A stretch of DNA of 64,000 nucleotides from a virus. Its lineage: Duplodnaviria; Heunggongvirae; Uroviricota; Caudoviricetes. Shown piece by piece: positions 17,980-28,186 of this stretch. Location: positions 64,001-128,000 of the IMG/VR virus record IMGVR_UViG_3300012347_000377. One strand, written 5' to 3'. How positions within the stretch are numbered: position 1 is the first letter of the stretch; the number at the start of each line of letters is the position of its first letter. Under the pieces are notes generated by a model, which was not told where the DNA came from, did no database searches, and saw only the letters and a list, made by a program, of their open reading frames with translations. A program made the position numbers and the translations under genes.

Positions 17980-18816
17980 ATGAAATTAATTTGGAGTTTG
18001 GCAAATAGAATGCCAGAAGTGCCACATAGTCCATATATCTATGATATGTTTTATTTATCAATTCATATGGCTAAAGAATTGGGGTATGAAACTATATTAT
18101 ATGGTTCAACTGATGCCGTTGATAGATTGGGTGATTATGTAGATGAAACTTATAATATAGATAATTTAGATTATCGTTTATTTGATGATACTAAAATTTA
18201 TATTTGGAAAACAAGAAGTGATGATTATATTACAATTGATGGTGATGTATTTTTACATTCAAAATTAGAATTTAATAAAAATCAATCAACTTTTGTTTCA
18301 TTTGATGAAATAGTAAATTTACCAAATGATGGTTATATAAAAGAATCATATGATATTGTAAATAAGTTGGGAATATCTCAATTAATACCTGAATGGGATA
18401 ATACTCAAACCAAAAGTTTTTCAACTAACTTAATACATTGGAAATCTAATAATGGAGTATTACAATATTTTATCAAATCATATGAAACTTTACGAGAATG
18501 GTATTTGAAAAATGAAGATTATATAACAAAATTAAATTCAGAATTAGCAGTTGGTAATTCGTTAATTTCACATTTTTTATGTGAACATTTATTACAACGA
18601 ATTGTTTCATATTATTCATTAGGATATGATGAAATACGAGTTAATACTAAAAACTCATATTACCATTGGCAAGGTTCTGATAAATTTACCAATATGAGTA
18701 AAGTGGAGTGTGTTAGATTGGTAGTTGAACGACATAAACAATTTGGAGGAAATATAAAGGATATATACGATTCTTTAGTGGAACTTCGTTTAATACAACC
18801 AATTTTATATCCTTAA
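17980..18816 (+). CDS. DUF6734-like / GT-A-like putative glycosyltransferase
   Basis: YITIDGDVFL (DxD) preceded by DTKIYIW. Confidence 0.5.
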   Translation: MKLIWSLANRMPEVPHSPYIYDMFYLSIHMAKELGYETILYGSTDAVDRLGDYVDETYNIDNLDYRLFDDTKIYIWKTRSDDYITIDGDVFLHSKLEFNKNQSTFVSFDEIVNLPNDGYIKESYDIVNKLGISQLIPEWDNTQTKSFSTNLIHWKSNNGVLQYFIKSYETLREWYLKNEDYITKLNSELAVGNSLISHFLCEHLLQRIVSYYSLGYDEIRVNTKNSYYHWQGSDKFTNMSKVECVRLVVERHKQFGGNIKDIYDSLVELRLIQPILYP

Positions 18817-18817
18817 A

Positions 18818-18826
18818 ATACTTATA
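18818..18826 (+). promoter_or_regulatory. late promoter variant ATACTTATA
   Basis: One mismatch to consensus, 19 nt before ATG 18846. Confidence 0.5.
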
Positions 18827-18845
18827 TAGAAAGAGAAAGTAAATT

Positions 18846-19142
18846 ATGATTCAAGCTATAGCACAAGATTCTGGCATTGATAATCTATATGATTACTCCG
18901 GTGGTGGCGGAGGAGGTGGGGGAACTGCACCAAGTATAGTAGAAAGTGATAGAGAAATTGCCTTTAGTGTAAATTCATCTCCAACAAATTGTTCAATATA
19001 CATTAATGGAAGTGATAGTGGATATAAAACTCCCCATACTTTAATTTTTAGAGAGAAAGAATTAAATACAAGTTCTAAATTAATTGAAGTATATAATTCA
19101 TCAACTAAATTAACTGAAAAGTATTTAATCACTGCAAATTAA
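18846..19142 (+). CDS. small PEGA-like protein with poly-Gly
   Basis: VNSSPTNCSIYING...GYKTP pattern. Confidence 0.55.
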   Translation: MIQAIAQDSGIDNLYDYSGGGGGGGGTAPSIVESDREIAFSVNSSPTNCSIYINGSDSGYKTPHTLIFREKELNTSSKLIEVYNSSTKLTEKYLITAN

Positions 19143-19169
19143 AATTATAAATAAAGTGGAAATTAACTA

Positions 19170-22100
19170 ATGGCATACAACGACCCATACAATTTAAGTG
19201 GAAATTCTGGTTACAATAGCGGAGGAAATAGTGGTGCAGGAAGTGCTGCAGGTTCGAACCCTCCAATCGTAACACCATCAGTTAAGCAATATCAAATTGT
19301 AATCACTAAAATGGTAGATGGACAACCTAATGAATATACTCAAATAAATCCATTAGATACTCCTTATGCTAATTTACAATTTACTCAACCAGAAGTAATT
19401 ATTCCATCTGAAATTCCTACTGCAGTTGTATCAATCAAAGCAGATATATACAAATACGGATTAATTTCATACCGAACATCTGATGGGCAAACTGGTACTA
19501 TTAATGCAGATACAATTATTAATGTAAATTTAGGTAATCCTAATTATATAGAATTTATAGGTGATAAAGGTGAAACTTATTCATTTAATGCGATTATTAA
19601 AAATTCATTAACAAATGTAGTTTCTAACAATAGTGATTTTAAAGTAACCTTACCGATTGGCCAAACTACCATCGAAATGGTTGCAAGTAAAAACAACGTT
19701 GCACCTGCTCCAAATTCACCAACACTTTCAGTATCAGATACAAATTTTACTTGGAATATAAATGATTCAAATCCATTACAAATTTCATATACATCTGAAA
19801 ATTCTGATTTTGTAATAATGTCATTGGGTAATATTCAAAGACAATTACCAACCAATGGTGTCATTGATTTATCTCAATCAGAATTTGTAAATGGAATTGG
19901 GAATTACACATTATACTTACAACCAGTTTCATCGAGAGGTGGTAGTGGTTCAACTCAATCAATATCAATAAACGTATTAAGTAAATCTTATTTACCTGGG
20001 CCGGATATTACAAACATATATTATCCTGAAACTATTAAGGGTAAAGACTTTGCAGGATTTGATGTTCCATTTGATATTAGTTGGCAATCTATTAATGCAA
20101 ATTATGTAGATATTTACGTTTCTAAAAAAGATTCTCAATTTGTGTTGGGTAGATTTTCACCCTCTGGTCTTGCTACATTCAACGTTAGCCAAATATTGAA
20201 AAAAGCTAATGCAGAATATAATGAAGATACTGATAAGATACAATTCAAATTTATTTTAATACCATACAATTCCGAAGGTGATGAATTGACAGAAGGTAAG
20301 AATGAAGAAATATCTATATTATTTGATAAAGGTGATTTAAAACTTAGAAGAGGAAATGTAGTTTCGGATATTCGTTCTGCATTCCAAATGACTTTAGATG
20401 ATTCTTTATTTAAAGATGAAATATCTAAATTATTAACACATTATGCACACTTTGGTGATGGTGATAATAAATTAATTGCAACTTGGGGAATTGACACTGA
20501 AACCTTTTCTGTATATGATGAAGGATTCGATTCAAATGGACAGAAGTATAAAAAGAAAATCAAAGAAGAAAAATCATTAGTTTTAAAATTATACGAACCA
20601 TTACCAACATCAGTTCAACCAAACCAACAACTTTGGATTTCTAAAATTCAATCAATTCCAATTATTGAGCAAATCACAATCTTAGGTGATTTAGTAAATG
20701 ATTGCACACCATTAACTCCTAATTTTAATTTGGATATTGGTGATGATATTGGCTATCAAATATTAGATGATTTAGTTGCAAGTGGTTCAACTACTTCAAC
20801 TGATTTAGTAAACCAATTTATATCATCATCTGAATTTTCATTAGATAATTTAGATATAAAATTTGTAACTTCATCTAAAGCGTTAGAAACATCAAATGAT
20901 GGTGGTTCTATTATAGTATTGGGTGAGGAAGATTATTGGTGGTCTAATTTTGTTAAATATTCATCTGCAGAAGAACGTGTTCATAATTTTGTTTACAAAG
21001 TTGAAACGATTGAAAGATATAATGCTAGATACGAATCTCTTAATGAAAATACGAGTTCAATTGCAGCATCTAACGAAGCAAAACAAATTGTATCAAATAT
21101 TAATGAACTTAAACGTGGATTTGATTCATTTGAAAAATTCTTATATAATGAATCATCATCATTATCGTATCCAGGTGCAGGACAAAATGAATTAAGTGCA
21201 TCAACTGATAGTTCTGTTACGAGTTGGTATAATGGAATTGTTTCTTCTGCTCGTGATTATGATTATTACAACGTATCATCGTTTGTAAATAATTTACCAC
21301 AACACATAAGAGAAGATGAGAATGGTCAAGAATTCGTATTATTCTTTAATATGATTGGTCAACACTTTGATATTTTATGGGCACATATTAAAGGAATATC
21401 TCAAGCTAAAAAACTTGAACACAAATATGAATCTGGTATTAAGGATGATTTAATTTATCATATGTTGGAATCTCTTGGATGGGATGCTGATATGGGAGTT
21501 AAATCTCAATTCTTATGGGAATATGCATTTGGTAAACATTCAGATGGAACTGAAGTTTCATCAATGAGTGGAAAGGATAGACAAAATGAAATATGGAGAA
21601 GATTATTAAATAACTTACCATATCTTAATAAACATAAAGGAACTAAACGAGCATTACACGCTGCAATGGCTTGTTATGGTATTCCTGCTTCATTATTAAC
21701 TATAATGGAGTTCGGTGGACCAACAGATCCAGACTCTACTGGCGTAACACAATTTACATATGATGATAGAACTGCAGCAATCAATTTAACGAATTCATCA
21801 CAAATTAGTATTCCATATAAAGAATACGTTGAAACATCAGATTTTCCTAATTCGATAGAAATTCGTTTGAACACAACTGAAAAGCAAGACCAATTAGTTG
21901 CGGAAGTTCCGAATGCTTGGAGATTAGAAATCGAAAGTGGTTCAAACTATTTAGGAAGAGTTAAATTTACAATTAGTGGTAGTGGAGTTGAACATTCAGT
22001 TTATACAGATTATGTTCCGGTATTCTATGATGAGTATTATAATTTAACATTAAATAAATCAACCAATACTACTAAAGAATTATATACCATTTATATAAAA

Positions 22101-23828
22101 GAAGGATTTGATGGTAGAATTAGAAATTCTGGTTCAATTCAACTTCAATTAGATATTGATACAACTTCTTGGAAAAGTGGTTCTGAATTGGTTATTGGTA
22201 ATGGATTTACGGGTTCAATTGATGAGGTTAGATTATGGTCAACTGCATTGAACGAATCACGTATTGATAATCACGCTTTGTTACCTGATGCTATTGATGG
22301 TAATCACATTTCAGCATCTACTGATGATTTATTATTCCGTTTAGATTTTGAATATCCTAAAAATGTAGGAATAGAAACTCAAATCAAAAACGTTGCAATG
22401 AATTATACCTATGGTGAATCATTTGCAACCGCATCTGGGTTTGATTCTATTATAGAATATCCATACAACTACACGCCATACGAAAGAAGTGTAACTGCAA
22501 ATGTTCCTTCTTCTGGTTTCAATGTTGGAAATAAATTTAGAGTTGAAACTCAATATGATTTAAGTGGAAATGAAATAAATTCAGAATCCGAAACTGGTAT
22601 TGGATTGGATTACAAAACTCGTTCTACAAAAAAATCATTTGATCAATCACCAATTGATTCAGATAGATTAGGATTATTCTTCTCCCCAATTAAGGAGATT
22701 AATATGGATATTCTAAAATCATTAGGACAATTTAATATCGATGATTATATCGGTGACCCATCGGATGAATATAAAGATGAATATAAATCTCTTTCTACAT
22801 TACGAAACTATTATTTCGATAGATATGATTTAAATTTCAATGAATATGTTCAATTAGTTAGATACATTGACAAATCTTTATTTGATACATTAGAATCATT
22901 AGTTCCTGCTCGAGCAAAGGTTTCATCTGGGTTATTAATTGAACCACATATTTTAGAAAGAAGTAAAGTTAAGTGGAGTAAGCCAACTGCAACGGATAAT
23001 ACATTAGAAACTTCAATTGATGTTGAATCCAATACAAACGTAATTTCTACATATGATGTAATTGATAATGTTATTATAAACACAACATCAGATGTTAATT
23101 TAGAGGTTGTAAATCCACAATACGATGGTGTTATAACTTCAATTACTGATGTTTTTGTTGGTGGTGATGTTTCAAATATTACATCATCAATTGATACTAC
23201 AACTACCAATATCCAAAGAGGATATATGACTATAAATTCAGGTTCTGATATGGGTGGTATTGTATTTAATATTGATGCAAATTTGGGTTCATCTATAATG
23301 GGTGAATATGATGCTACTTCATATATTCAAGTAGGAATGGATCCAGATTCAATTTCAGTAAAAGGATTTGGATTGTGGGGTTCAGATGGAAACTCACAAA
23401 TTACTAAGTTGGATAAATTTGGAAATATTACAAAAGAACGTAAAAAAGTATATCGTATAAAAGAAAGTTATACTATAAATGTTCCACAAAATATAAATCC
23501 AAATGATTCTTCATTAGGAACGGAAATGATTTCACAAACAGAATACCGATATAAAATAACTATTTTAGATTGGGATGCAACTGCACCATCTGTTAATGGA
23601 AATATCGTAGAAGTTACTCCATTAAATGGATACTTACCATCTCACTATAAAAATGTAGGAGATTTAACAACTGGTTTGGAAAATAGTTTCTTTAATGGTT
23701 CAAAACAAACATCTAAAACCACATTAGATGGTGGTGATGCAGTTGTAACATTTACTACGAATCCAAATACATTGAAAGTTTCTAACACAGGTAGAGGAAG
23801 TGGTGAACCAATATTAGAAGTTGAGTAA
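19170..23828 (+). CDS. large baseplate wedge protein, gp7-like, with LamG domain
   Basis: FNMIGQHFD, LPYLNKHKGTKRAL...CYGIP; GFTGSIDEVRLWSTAL at about 22200. Confidence 0.65.
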   Translation: MAYNDPYNLSGNSGYNSGGNSGAGSAAGSNPPIVTPSVKQYQIVITKMVDGQPNEYTQINPLDTPYANLQFTQPEVIIPSEIPTAVVSIKADIYKYGLISYRTSDGQTGTINADTIINVNLGNPNYIEFIGDKGETYSFNAIIKNSLTNVVSNNSDFKVTLPIGQTTIEMVASKNNVAPAPNSPTLSVSDTNFTWNINDSNPLQISYTSENSDFVIMSLGNIQRQLPTNGVIDLSQSEFVNGIGNYTLYLQPVSSRGGSGSTQSISINVLSKSYLPGPDITNIYYPETIKGKDFAGFDVPFDISWQSINANYVDIYVSKKDSQFVLGRFSPSGLATFNVSQILKKANAEYNEDTDKIQFKFILIPYNSEGDELTEGKNEEISILFDKGDLKLRRGNVVSDIRSAFQMTLDDSLFKDEISKLLTHYAHFGDGDNKLIATWGIDTETFSVYDEGFDSNGQKYKKKIKEEKSLVLKLYEPLPTSVQPNQQLWISKIQSIPIIEQITILGDLVNDCTPLTPNFNLDIGDDIGYQILDDLVASGSTTSTDLVNQFISSSEFSLDNLDIKFVTSSKALETSNDGGSIIVLGEEDYWWSNFVKYSSAEERVHNFVYKVETIERYNARYESLNENTSSIAASNEAKQIVSNINELKRGFDSFEKFLYNESSSLSYPGAGQNELSASTDSSVTSWYNGIVSSARDYDYYNVSSFVNNLPQHIREDENGQEFVLFFNMIGQHFDILWAHIKGISQAKKLEHKYESGIKDDLIYHMLESLGWDADMGVKSQFLWEYAFGKHSDGTEVSSMSGKDRQNEIWRRLLNNLPYLNKHKGTKRALHAAMACYGIPASLLTIMEFGGPTDPDSTGVTQFTYDDRTAAINLTNSSQISIPYKEYVETSDFPNSIEIRLNTTEKQDQLVAEVPNAWRLEIESGSNYLGRVKFTISGSGVEHSVYTDYVPVFYDEYYNLTLNKSTNTTKELYTIYIKEGFDGRIRNSGSIQLQLDIDTTSWKSGSELVIGNGFTGSIDEVRLWSTALNESRIDNHALLPDAIDGNHISASTDDLLFRLDFEYPKNVGIETQIKNVAMNYTYGESFATASGFDSIIEYPYNYTPYERSVTANVPSSGFNVGNKFRVETQYDLSGNEINSESETGIGLDYKTRSTKKSFDQSPIDSDRLGLFFSPIKEINMDILKSLGQFNIDDYIGDPSDEYKDEYKSLSTLRNYYFDRYDLNFNEYVQLVRYIDKSLFDTLESLVPARAKVSSGLLIEPHILERSKVKWSKPTATDNTLETSIDVESNTNVISTYDVIDNVIINTTSDVNLEVVNPQYDGVITSITDVFVGGDVSNITSSIDTTTTNIQRGYMTINSGSDMGGIVFNIDANLGSSIMGEYDATSYIQVGMDPDSISVKGFGLWGSDGNSQITKLDKFGNITKERKKVYRIKESYTINVPQNINPNDSSLGTEMISQTEYRYKITILDWDATAPSVNGNIVEVTPLNGYLPSHYKNVGDLTTGLENSFFNGSKQTSKTTLDGGDAVVTFTTNPNTLKVSNTGRGSGEPILEVE

Positions 23829-23860
23829 TATTGAAAAATATTTAATTTTATAAAATACTT

Positions 23861-23869
23861 ATATTTATA
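23861..23869 (+). promoter_or_regulatory. putative late promoter ATATTTATA (overlapping ATACTTATA 23855-23863)
   Basis: 27 nt before ATG 23897. Confidence 0.65.
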
Positions 23870-23896
23870 TACTGAAAGTAAAGAGGAATAAAAATT

Positions 23897-24526
23897 ATGG
23901 CTTATTTAGACAATTCAGAAATTACCGTTGATGCAATTCTTACCAAAAAAGGTAGAGAAAAATTAGCAACAGGTGAAGGATTAAACATTACGAAGTTCGC
24001 ATTAGGTGATGACGAAATCGATTATACATTATACGAACCAGCACACCCAAAGGGTTCTGCATACTATGATGCTGCGATTAGAGCAATTCCTGTGACAGAA
24101 GCTTCACCGGATGAAACACAAGTTTTAAGATACAGATTAGTAACTTTACCAAAAGGCACAACTAAAATTCCTAAAGTAGAATTTGGTGTTCCATCAATTT
24201 CTGTAAATCAGAATTCAGGTCAGGTTTCTTTGACACCAACTACATCTCCAAGTGGTAATACACAATCTGGATATACTATTGTTCTTGCAAATAAAAACGC
24301 AGGTTCTATCGTTGGTAGTGGTTTAGCAGCAGGAAGTGGGACTATTCCAGTATTCTTAGGTGATGAAATCACAACAACTGCGGCAGTAGAAAGAGGATTA
24401 GCATTTACTTTCATTCCTAATCCAAACATTACAACAACTATTAAAACTACAATTACCGTATATGGTAACGAAACTGGTGGTTCTCAATCAATCCCGGTGA
24501 CCGTGACATATGTGCAACCAAAATAA
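23897..24526 (+). CDS. baseplate/tail-collar-like structural protein
   Basis: AILTKKGREKLA...ITKFALGDDEIDY resembles the N-half of tail-collar (DUF3751/gp8-like) proteins. Confidence 0.55.
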   Translation: MAYLDNSEITVDAILTKKGREKLATGEGLNITKFALGDDEIDYTLYEPAHPKGSAYYDAAIRAIPVTEASPDETQVLRYRLVTLPKGTTKIPKVEFGVPSISVNQNSGQVSLTPTTSPSGNTQSGYTIVLANKNAGSIVGSGLAAGSGTIPVFLGDEITTTAAVERGLAFTFIPNPNITTTIKTTITVYGNETGGSQSIPVTVTYVQPK

Positions 24527-24545
24527 TAACGGAGAGTAAAAAGAT

Positions 24546-25772
24546 ATGGCACAAATTACAGGACAAGCAGGTGTAAATTTAACTTCAGAGTTGGCAACGT
24601 ATTTAAACGGCCAACAAGGAAATCTTACATCTGAGCAATTAACACAAATTATCAATCAATACCTAACAGGTGGTGATAAGTTGGGTTCTCAAGGAGGTTC
24701 AATCTCTACGGGAATTTATAAAAGATTTGGTGAATTTGACCAAGTAACAGGTAAGGTAGAAATCGTAACTACTGGTCTTTGGAGTGGTGATACTGGAAGT
24801 TTAACTTCGTTCTACACATCATCGACTCAATCTGCTACTTCTAAAAATTATTACACAAATGTATATTCAACAGACCCAGCAACGGATGAAGGTGCTGCAG
24901 TTCAATATGCAGTTGCTTACGGGCACAAAACTGCAAGTGGTTCAGTATCTCTAACAAATGATGATACATCAACCTTAGCAACTAAAGCAACTTATGCACA
25001 ATATCGTTCTATTTTATTAGAACAAGATGATGCTTATTTTACATTCTATTCTTCATCTGCAGATGGTGTTCATGATTCTTCGGATATTTACGTTATTAAT
25101 GTGGCTCGTAGTAGATACAAAGAAACGATGGATGCCGGTAACTGGTCATTAAACCTAAGTGGTTCATTGGGAACAATTACACTTATTGATGATTCGGGTA
25201 AGAAATTCTCTGACACGGTTGGTAAAGCAGGTAGAGTATTCTACGTTGGTAGTGGTTCATTAAATTTAGGAACTGAAAACGAAGCAACTATAAATTCATT
25301 AACTGCATCAAACGGACAAGGTTTTGGATTATTTTATCCAGACCAAGGTTTAGTAGTATTGAATCCACAAGCAATTGAAAATGCAATTGGAACATCAATC
25401 GATAGTGGTTCAGTAGGTGGTAAATCAATCTACACTGGTGTTGCATATGAAGGACAAAATCAATTCTTATTACATAATGCAATTAAGGGTGGTGGTGATT
25501 TCCAAGCAAGAAGAACTGAAAACGTTTCAACTGCACACTATTTTGTAAGAGCAACAAACAGAGAATTTAATTTCTCAAACAACCCTACATTCGTAAGTGG
25601 TTCAGATGGAACTTTTGCAGAATCAACATTTGAAAGAGATCCTAAAACATTTATTACAACGGTTGGTTTATACAACGATGCAAACGAAATGATTGCAGTT
25701 GCTAAAACATCACAACCGATTCCAAAATCATTTGATAAGGAAATCCTAATCAAAGTTAAATTAGATTTCTAA
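24546..25772 (+). CDS. structural protein with collar-like C-terminal motif
   Basis: EFNFSNNPTF...FITTVGLYNDANEMIAVAKTSQPIPK. Confidence 0.6.
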   Translation: MAQITGQAGVNLTSELATYLNGQQGNLTSEQLTQIINQYLTGGDKLGSQGGSISTGIYKRFGEFDQVTGKVEIVTTGLWSGDTGSLTSFYTSSTQSATSKNYYTNVYSTDPATDEGAAVQYAVAYGHKTASGSVSLTNDDTSTLATKATYAQYRSILLEQDDAYFTFYSSSADGVHDSSDIYVINVARSRYKETMDAGNWSLNLSGSLGTITLIDDSGKKFSDTVGKAGRVFYVGSGSLNLGTENEATINSLTASNGQGFGLFYPDQGLVVLNPQAIENAIGTSIDSGSVGGKSIYTGVAYEGQNQFLLHNAIKGGGDFQARRTENVSTAHYFVRATNREFNFSNNPTFVSGSDGTFAESTFERDPKTFITTVGLYNDANEMIAVAKTSQPIPKSFDKEILIKVKLDF

Positions 25773-25793
25773 TCGCAATTCTATATTACTAAG

Positions 25794-25817
25794 AACCCCC
25801 TTAAATGGGGGTTTTTT
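25794..25817 (+). terminator. intrinsic terminator
   Basis: AACCCCC-TTAAAT-GGGGGTTTTTT. Confidence 0.85.
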
Positions 25818-25826
25818 GTTTAACTA

Positions 25827-25835
25827 ATATTTATA
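25827..25835 (+). promoter_or_regulatory. putative late promoter ATATTTATA
   Basis: After terminator, 17 nt before ATG 25853. Confidence 0.65.
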
Positions 25836-25852
25836 TAGAGTAGGAAATTATT

Positions 25853-26929
25853 ATGTTTAAATCAATACCAAAATCAAACGTATCGAAAAGGAAATTCCAA
25901 GTTTATAAACTTTGGAATACCAATCAATCGGAATACCCTGTAAGTATTTTATCAGGTAGTAATCCGGCGTATCGTTCGATTAAATCAAAATACTATTCAA
26001 ACGAAGGTAATGTAATAACTCTTTTTGGTAGCACCAAAAACATAGCAAATATACAAACCGAACGAGTTATTTCGGATACTATATATGTAATTGATATTGA
26101 TAGAAATAAATTTGGCGAGCAAATAAAACGTCATTCTATTAATTTAACTAATGAAGCTACTCAAAAAACATATATTGATGATGGGTATGGTAAAATAATA
26201 GCACCAAATCCAACATATAGATTGGAGAGTATGGATGTTGAAAATAATAAACTTGTTATTTCTGATGATAATTCATATTATGAAATATCTATAACATCAT
26301 TAGAATTGGAAACTGGTTTTTGTATTTTAACATTTGATGGTGATTCGGATGAACATTATATTCTTCAAATTGATTTTGAGAACAATTTAGTTTCATTTAA
26401 AAATAAATTAGACTTTAATGGAATTGATATAAGTCAACTTTTATATGGAAATGTTTTCTATTCAGATGGAACACTTGTATTAACGGGCATTACATTAGAG
26501 AATTATACATTAGAATATCGTTCTACTCAAACTATATATGAAACCGAAGTATTAATTACTGCTAGAGCCGGAGAATTTAATTATTCACAAAATCCATCTG
26601 CAATTAATATAACATTAAGTGGTTCATATGAGTTTGAAACTACACCAAGCACAAATAACTCTCCTGGTGGAATTAGAACTATGAAAGAAATCTTAGACAT
26701 CAGTAGAAAGGAAGAGTTCTATGGAACTATGGGTTCTTCAACTGGTTCGTGGGATGATTATTATAACTTTGGTTCAGTTGACCCGACCGGTTCATATATT
26801 TCAACCTACATCACTACTATTGGTCTATATGATGATAATAACGATATGGTTGCAATTGCTAAATTACCACAACCAATTAAAAACTTACCGGATTATGATA
26901 TTAACTTCATAATACGTTTTGATACTTAA
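25853..26929 (+). CDS. structural protein, paralog of 24546-25772
   Basis: EFNYSQNPS...YITTIGLYDDNNDMVAIAKLPQPIK. Confidence 0.6.
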   Translation: MFKSIPKSNVSKRKFQVYKLWNTNQSEYPVSILSGSNPAYRSIKSKYYSNEGNVITLFGSTKNIANIQTERVISDTIYVIDIDRNKFGEQIKRHSINLTNEATQKTYIDDGYGKIIAPNPTYRLESMDVENNKLVISDDNSYYEISITSLELETGFCILTFDGDSDEHYILQIDFENNLVSFKNKLDFNGIDISQLLYGNVFYSDGTLVLTGITLENYTLEYRSTQTIYETEVLITARAGEFNYSQNPSAINITLSGSYEFETTPSTNNSPGGIRTMKEILDISRKEEFYGTMGSSTGSWDDYYNFGSVDPTGSYISTYITTIGLYDDNNDMVAIAKLPQPIKNLPDYDINFIIRFDT

Positions 26930-26932
26930 TCT

Positions 26933-26941
26933 ATATTTATA
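26933..26941 (+). promoter_or_regulatory. putative late promoter ATATTTATA
   Basis: 19 nt before ATG 26961. Confidence 0.65.
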
Positions 26942-26960
26942 CTATATAAGGAATAATATA

Positions 26961-27140
26961 ATGGCAACAATCGAAGAATTATACAAACAATCTGCATTTT
27001 CTAAATTAGCAGACAAATCAAAGGATAAGACACCATTATCAGTTGATTCAAAGAAACTTCAAAAAGATGAACAAGCTATTGCGAAAGCAAGAGGCGGTAA
27101 ATTATTAGAGAAGAAATATTCAGATTCAATCAAACGCTAA
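26961..27140 (+). CDS. small basic hypothetical protein (59 aa)
   Basis: AAGGA + ATG 26961 (MATIEELYKQ...). Confidence 0.6.
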   Translation: MATIEELYKQSAFSKLADKSKDKTPLSVDSKKLQKDEQAIAKARGGKLLEKKYSDSIKR

Positions 27141-27150
27141 ATTTTAGTAA

Positions 27151-27723
27151 GTGGGGTTATTAATCAACCACAAATATAAATGGGCATATATTCATATTCC
27201 CAAAACTGGAGGTTCATCCATAACCGAAATATTGTCAAATATTGATGGAACTGAAACTATTATGTCTCATGGAACTATCAATGAATTGGGTAATATTGAG
27301 GATTATTTTATTTTTACATTTGTAAGAAACCCATTTACACGTCTAGCATCATGGTATGACCACACAAAACGTGATGGTAAATCTCAATCATTTTCCAATT
27401 TCATCCAAAGAATAGATAATTTAGATTATCTATATTTTCCACAAACCTATTTCACAAATCACGGAAAGACGAATACTAAAAAAATATCGTTCGTTGGTAG
27501 ATATGAAAATTTTAATGATGATTTAAAATTCGTTTTAAAAAAACTAAATATTAACAACATTAACATTCCACACTTAAACAGAAACTTAATGTGGGAAACC
27601 CATCCCAATTTAAATAGTGATAAATTATACAAATTTTATTACAAGGATGTTTGGATAAAAGATTGGGTTAAAGAAAAATATAAAGATGATTTCAAATTTT
27701 TTAACTATGAGTTGGACATATAA
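27151..27723 (+). CDS. sulfotransferase, Sulfotransfer_2 family
   Basis: 5'-PSB HIPKTGGSS, 3'-PB FVRNPFTRLASWY, FVGRYE, HLN; GTG start. Confidence 0.85.
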   Translation: MGLLINHKYKWAYIHIPKTGGSSITEILSNIDGTETIMSHGTINELGNIEDYFIFTFVRNPFTRLASWYDHTKRDGKSQSFSNFIQRIDNLDYLYFPQTYFTNHGKTNTKKISFVGRYENFNDDLKFVLKKLNINNINIPHLNRNLMWETHPNLNSDKLYKFYYKDVWIKDWVKEKYKDDFKFFNYELDI

Positions 27724-28153
27724 AGGAAGTTATATTACAGAATTATCAGATATGCCAGAAGGCACTATTGGATTTATTTATAAAATTACAAACGGAAAAA
27801 CTGGACAATATTACATTGGAAAGAAAAACGTTGCATCAATTAGAAAACGTAATTTTGGTAAAAAGGAAATTGCTCTTTTAACCGATAAACGTATGAAACG
27901 ATATGAGATGGTGACTAAAGAATCCGATTGGAAAACGTATCGCTCATCAAACAAATCCGTAAGTGAATGGTTTTTGGACACAACCAATGACCAACTACAA
28001 TTAGAAATACTACGTTTCTGCTCATCTACTAAATCACTTACTTACTACGAATTACAAGAACAATTTGCTCATAACGTTTTAGTGGATGAAAATGCATTAA
28101 ATGACAATTTACTTGGAAAATTCTTTCGAAAAGATTTGGAATTATCAAAATAA
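27707..28153 (+). CDS. GIY-YIG family endonuclease
   Basis: GFIYKITNGKTGQYYIGKK, WKTYRSS, LTYYE, NDN. Confidence 0.75.
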   Translation: MSWTYKGSYITELSDMPEGTIGFIYKITNGKTGQYYIGKKNVASIRKRNFGKKEIALLTDKRMKRYEMVTKESDWKTYRSSNKSVSEWFLDTTNDQLQLEILRFCSSTKSLTYYELQEQFAHNVLVDENALNDNLLGKFFRKDLELSK

Positions 28154-28166
28154 TTTCGTATCTTTA
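28135..28166 (+). promoter_or_regulatory. Bacteroidota-type promoter variant
   Basis: TTTG 28135-28138, 20-nt spacer, TATCTTTA 28159-28166; near copy of 2243-2274; precedes primase. Confidence 0.6.
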
Positions 28167-28186
28167 CTAAGTAAAGTGTATAAGGT

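Noticed and set aside
18900-18923. GGN-rich run as DNA-level repeat or contingency locus
   Set aside because: Mixed Gly codons encoding a poly-Gly linker, not a pure microsatellite
19140-19169. Readthrough joining the PEGA-like ORF to the gp7-like gene
   Set aside because: Three in-frame TAA codons in the gap
23845-23856. Palindrome ATTTTATAAAAT
   Set aside because: AT-only 12-mer expected by chance at this composition
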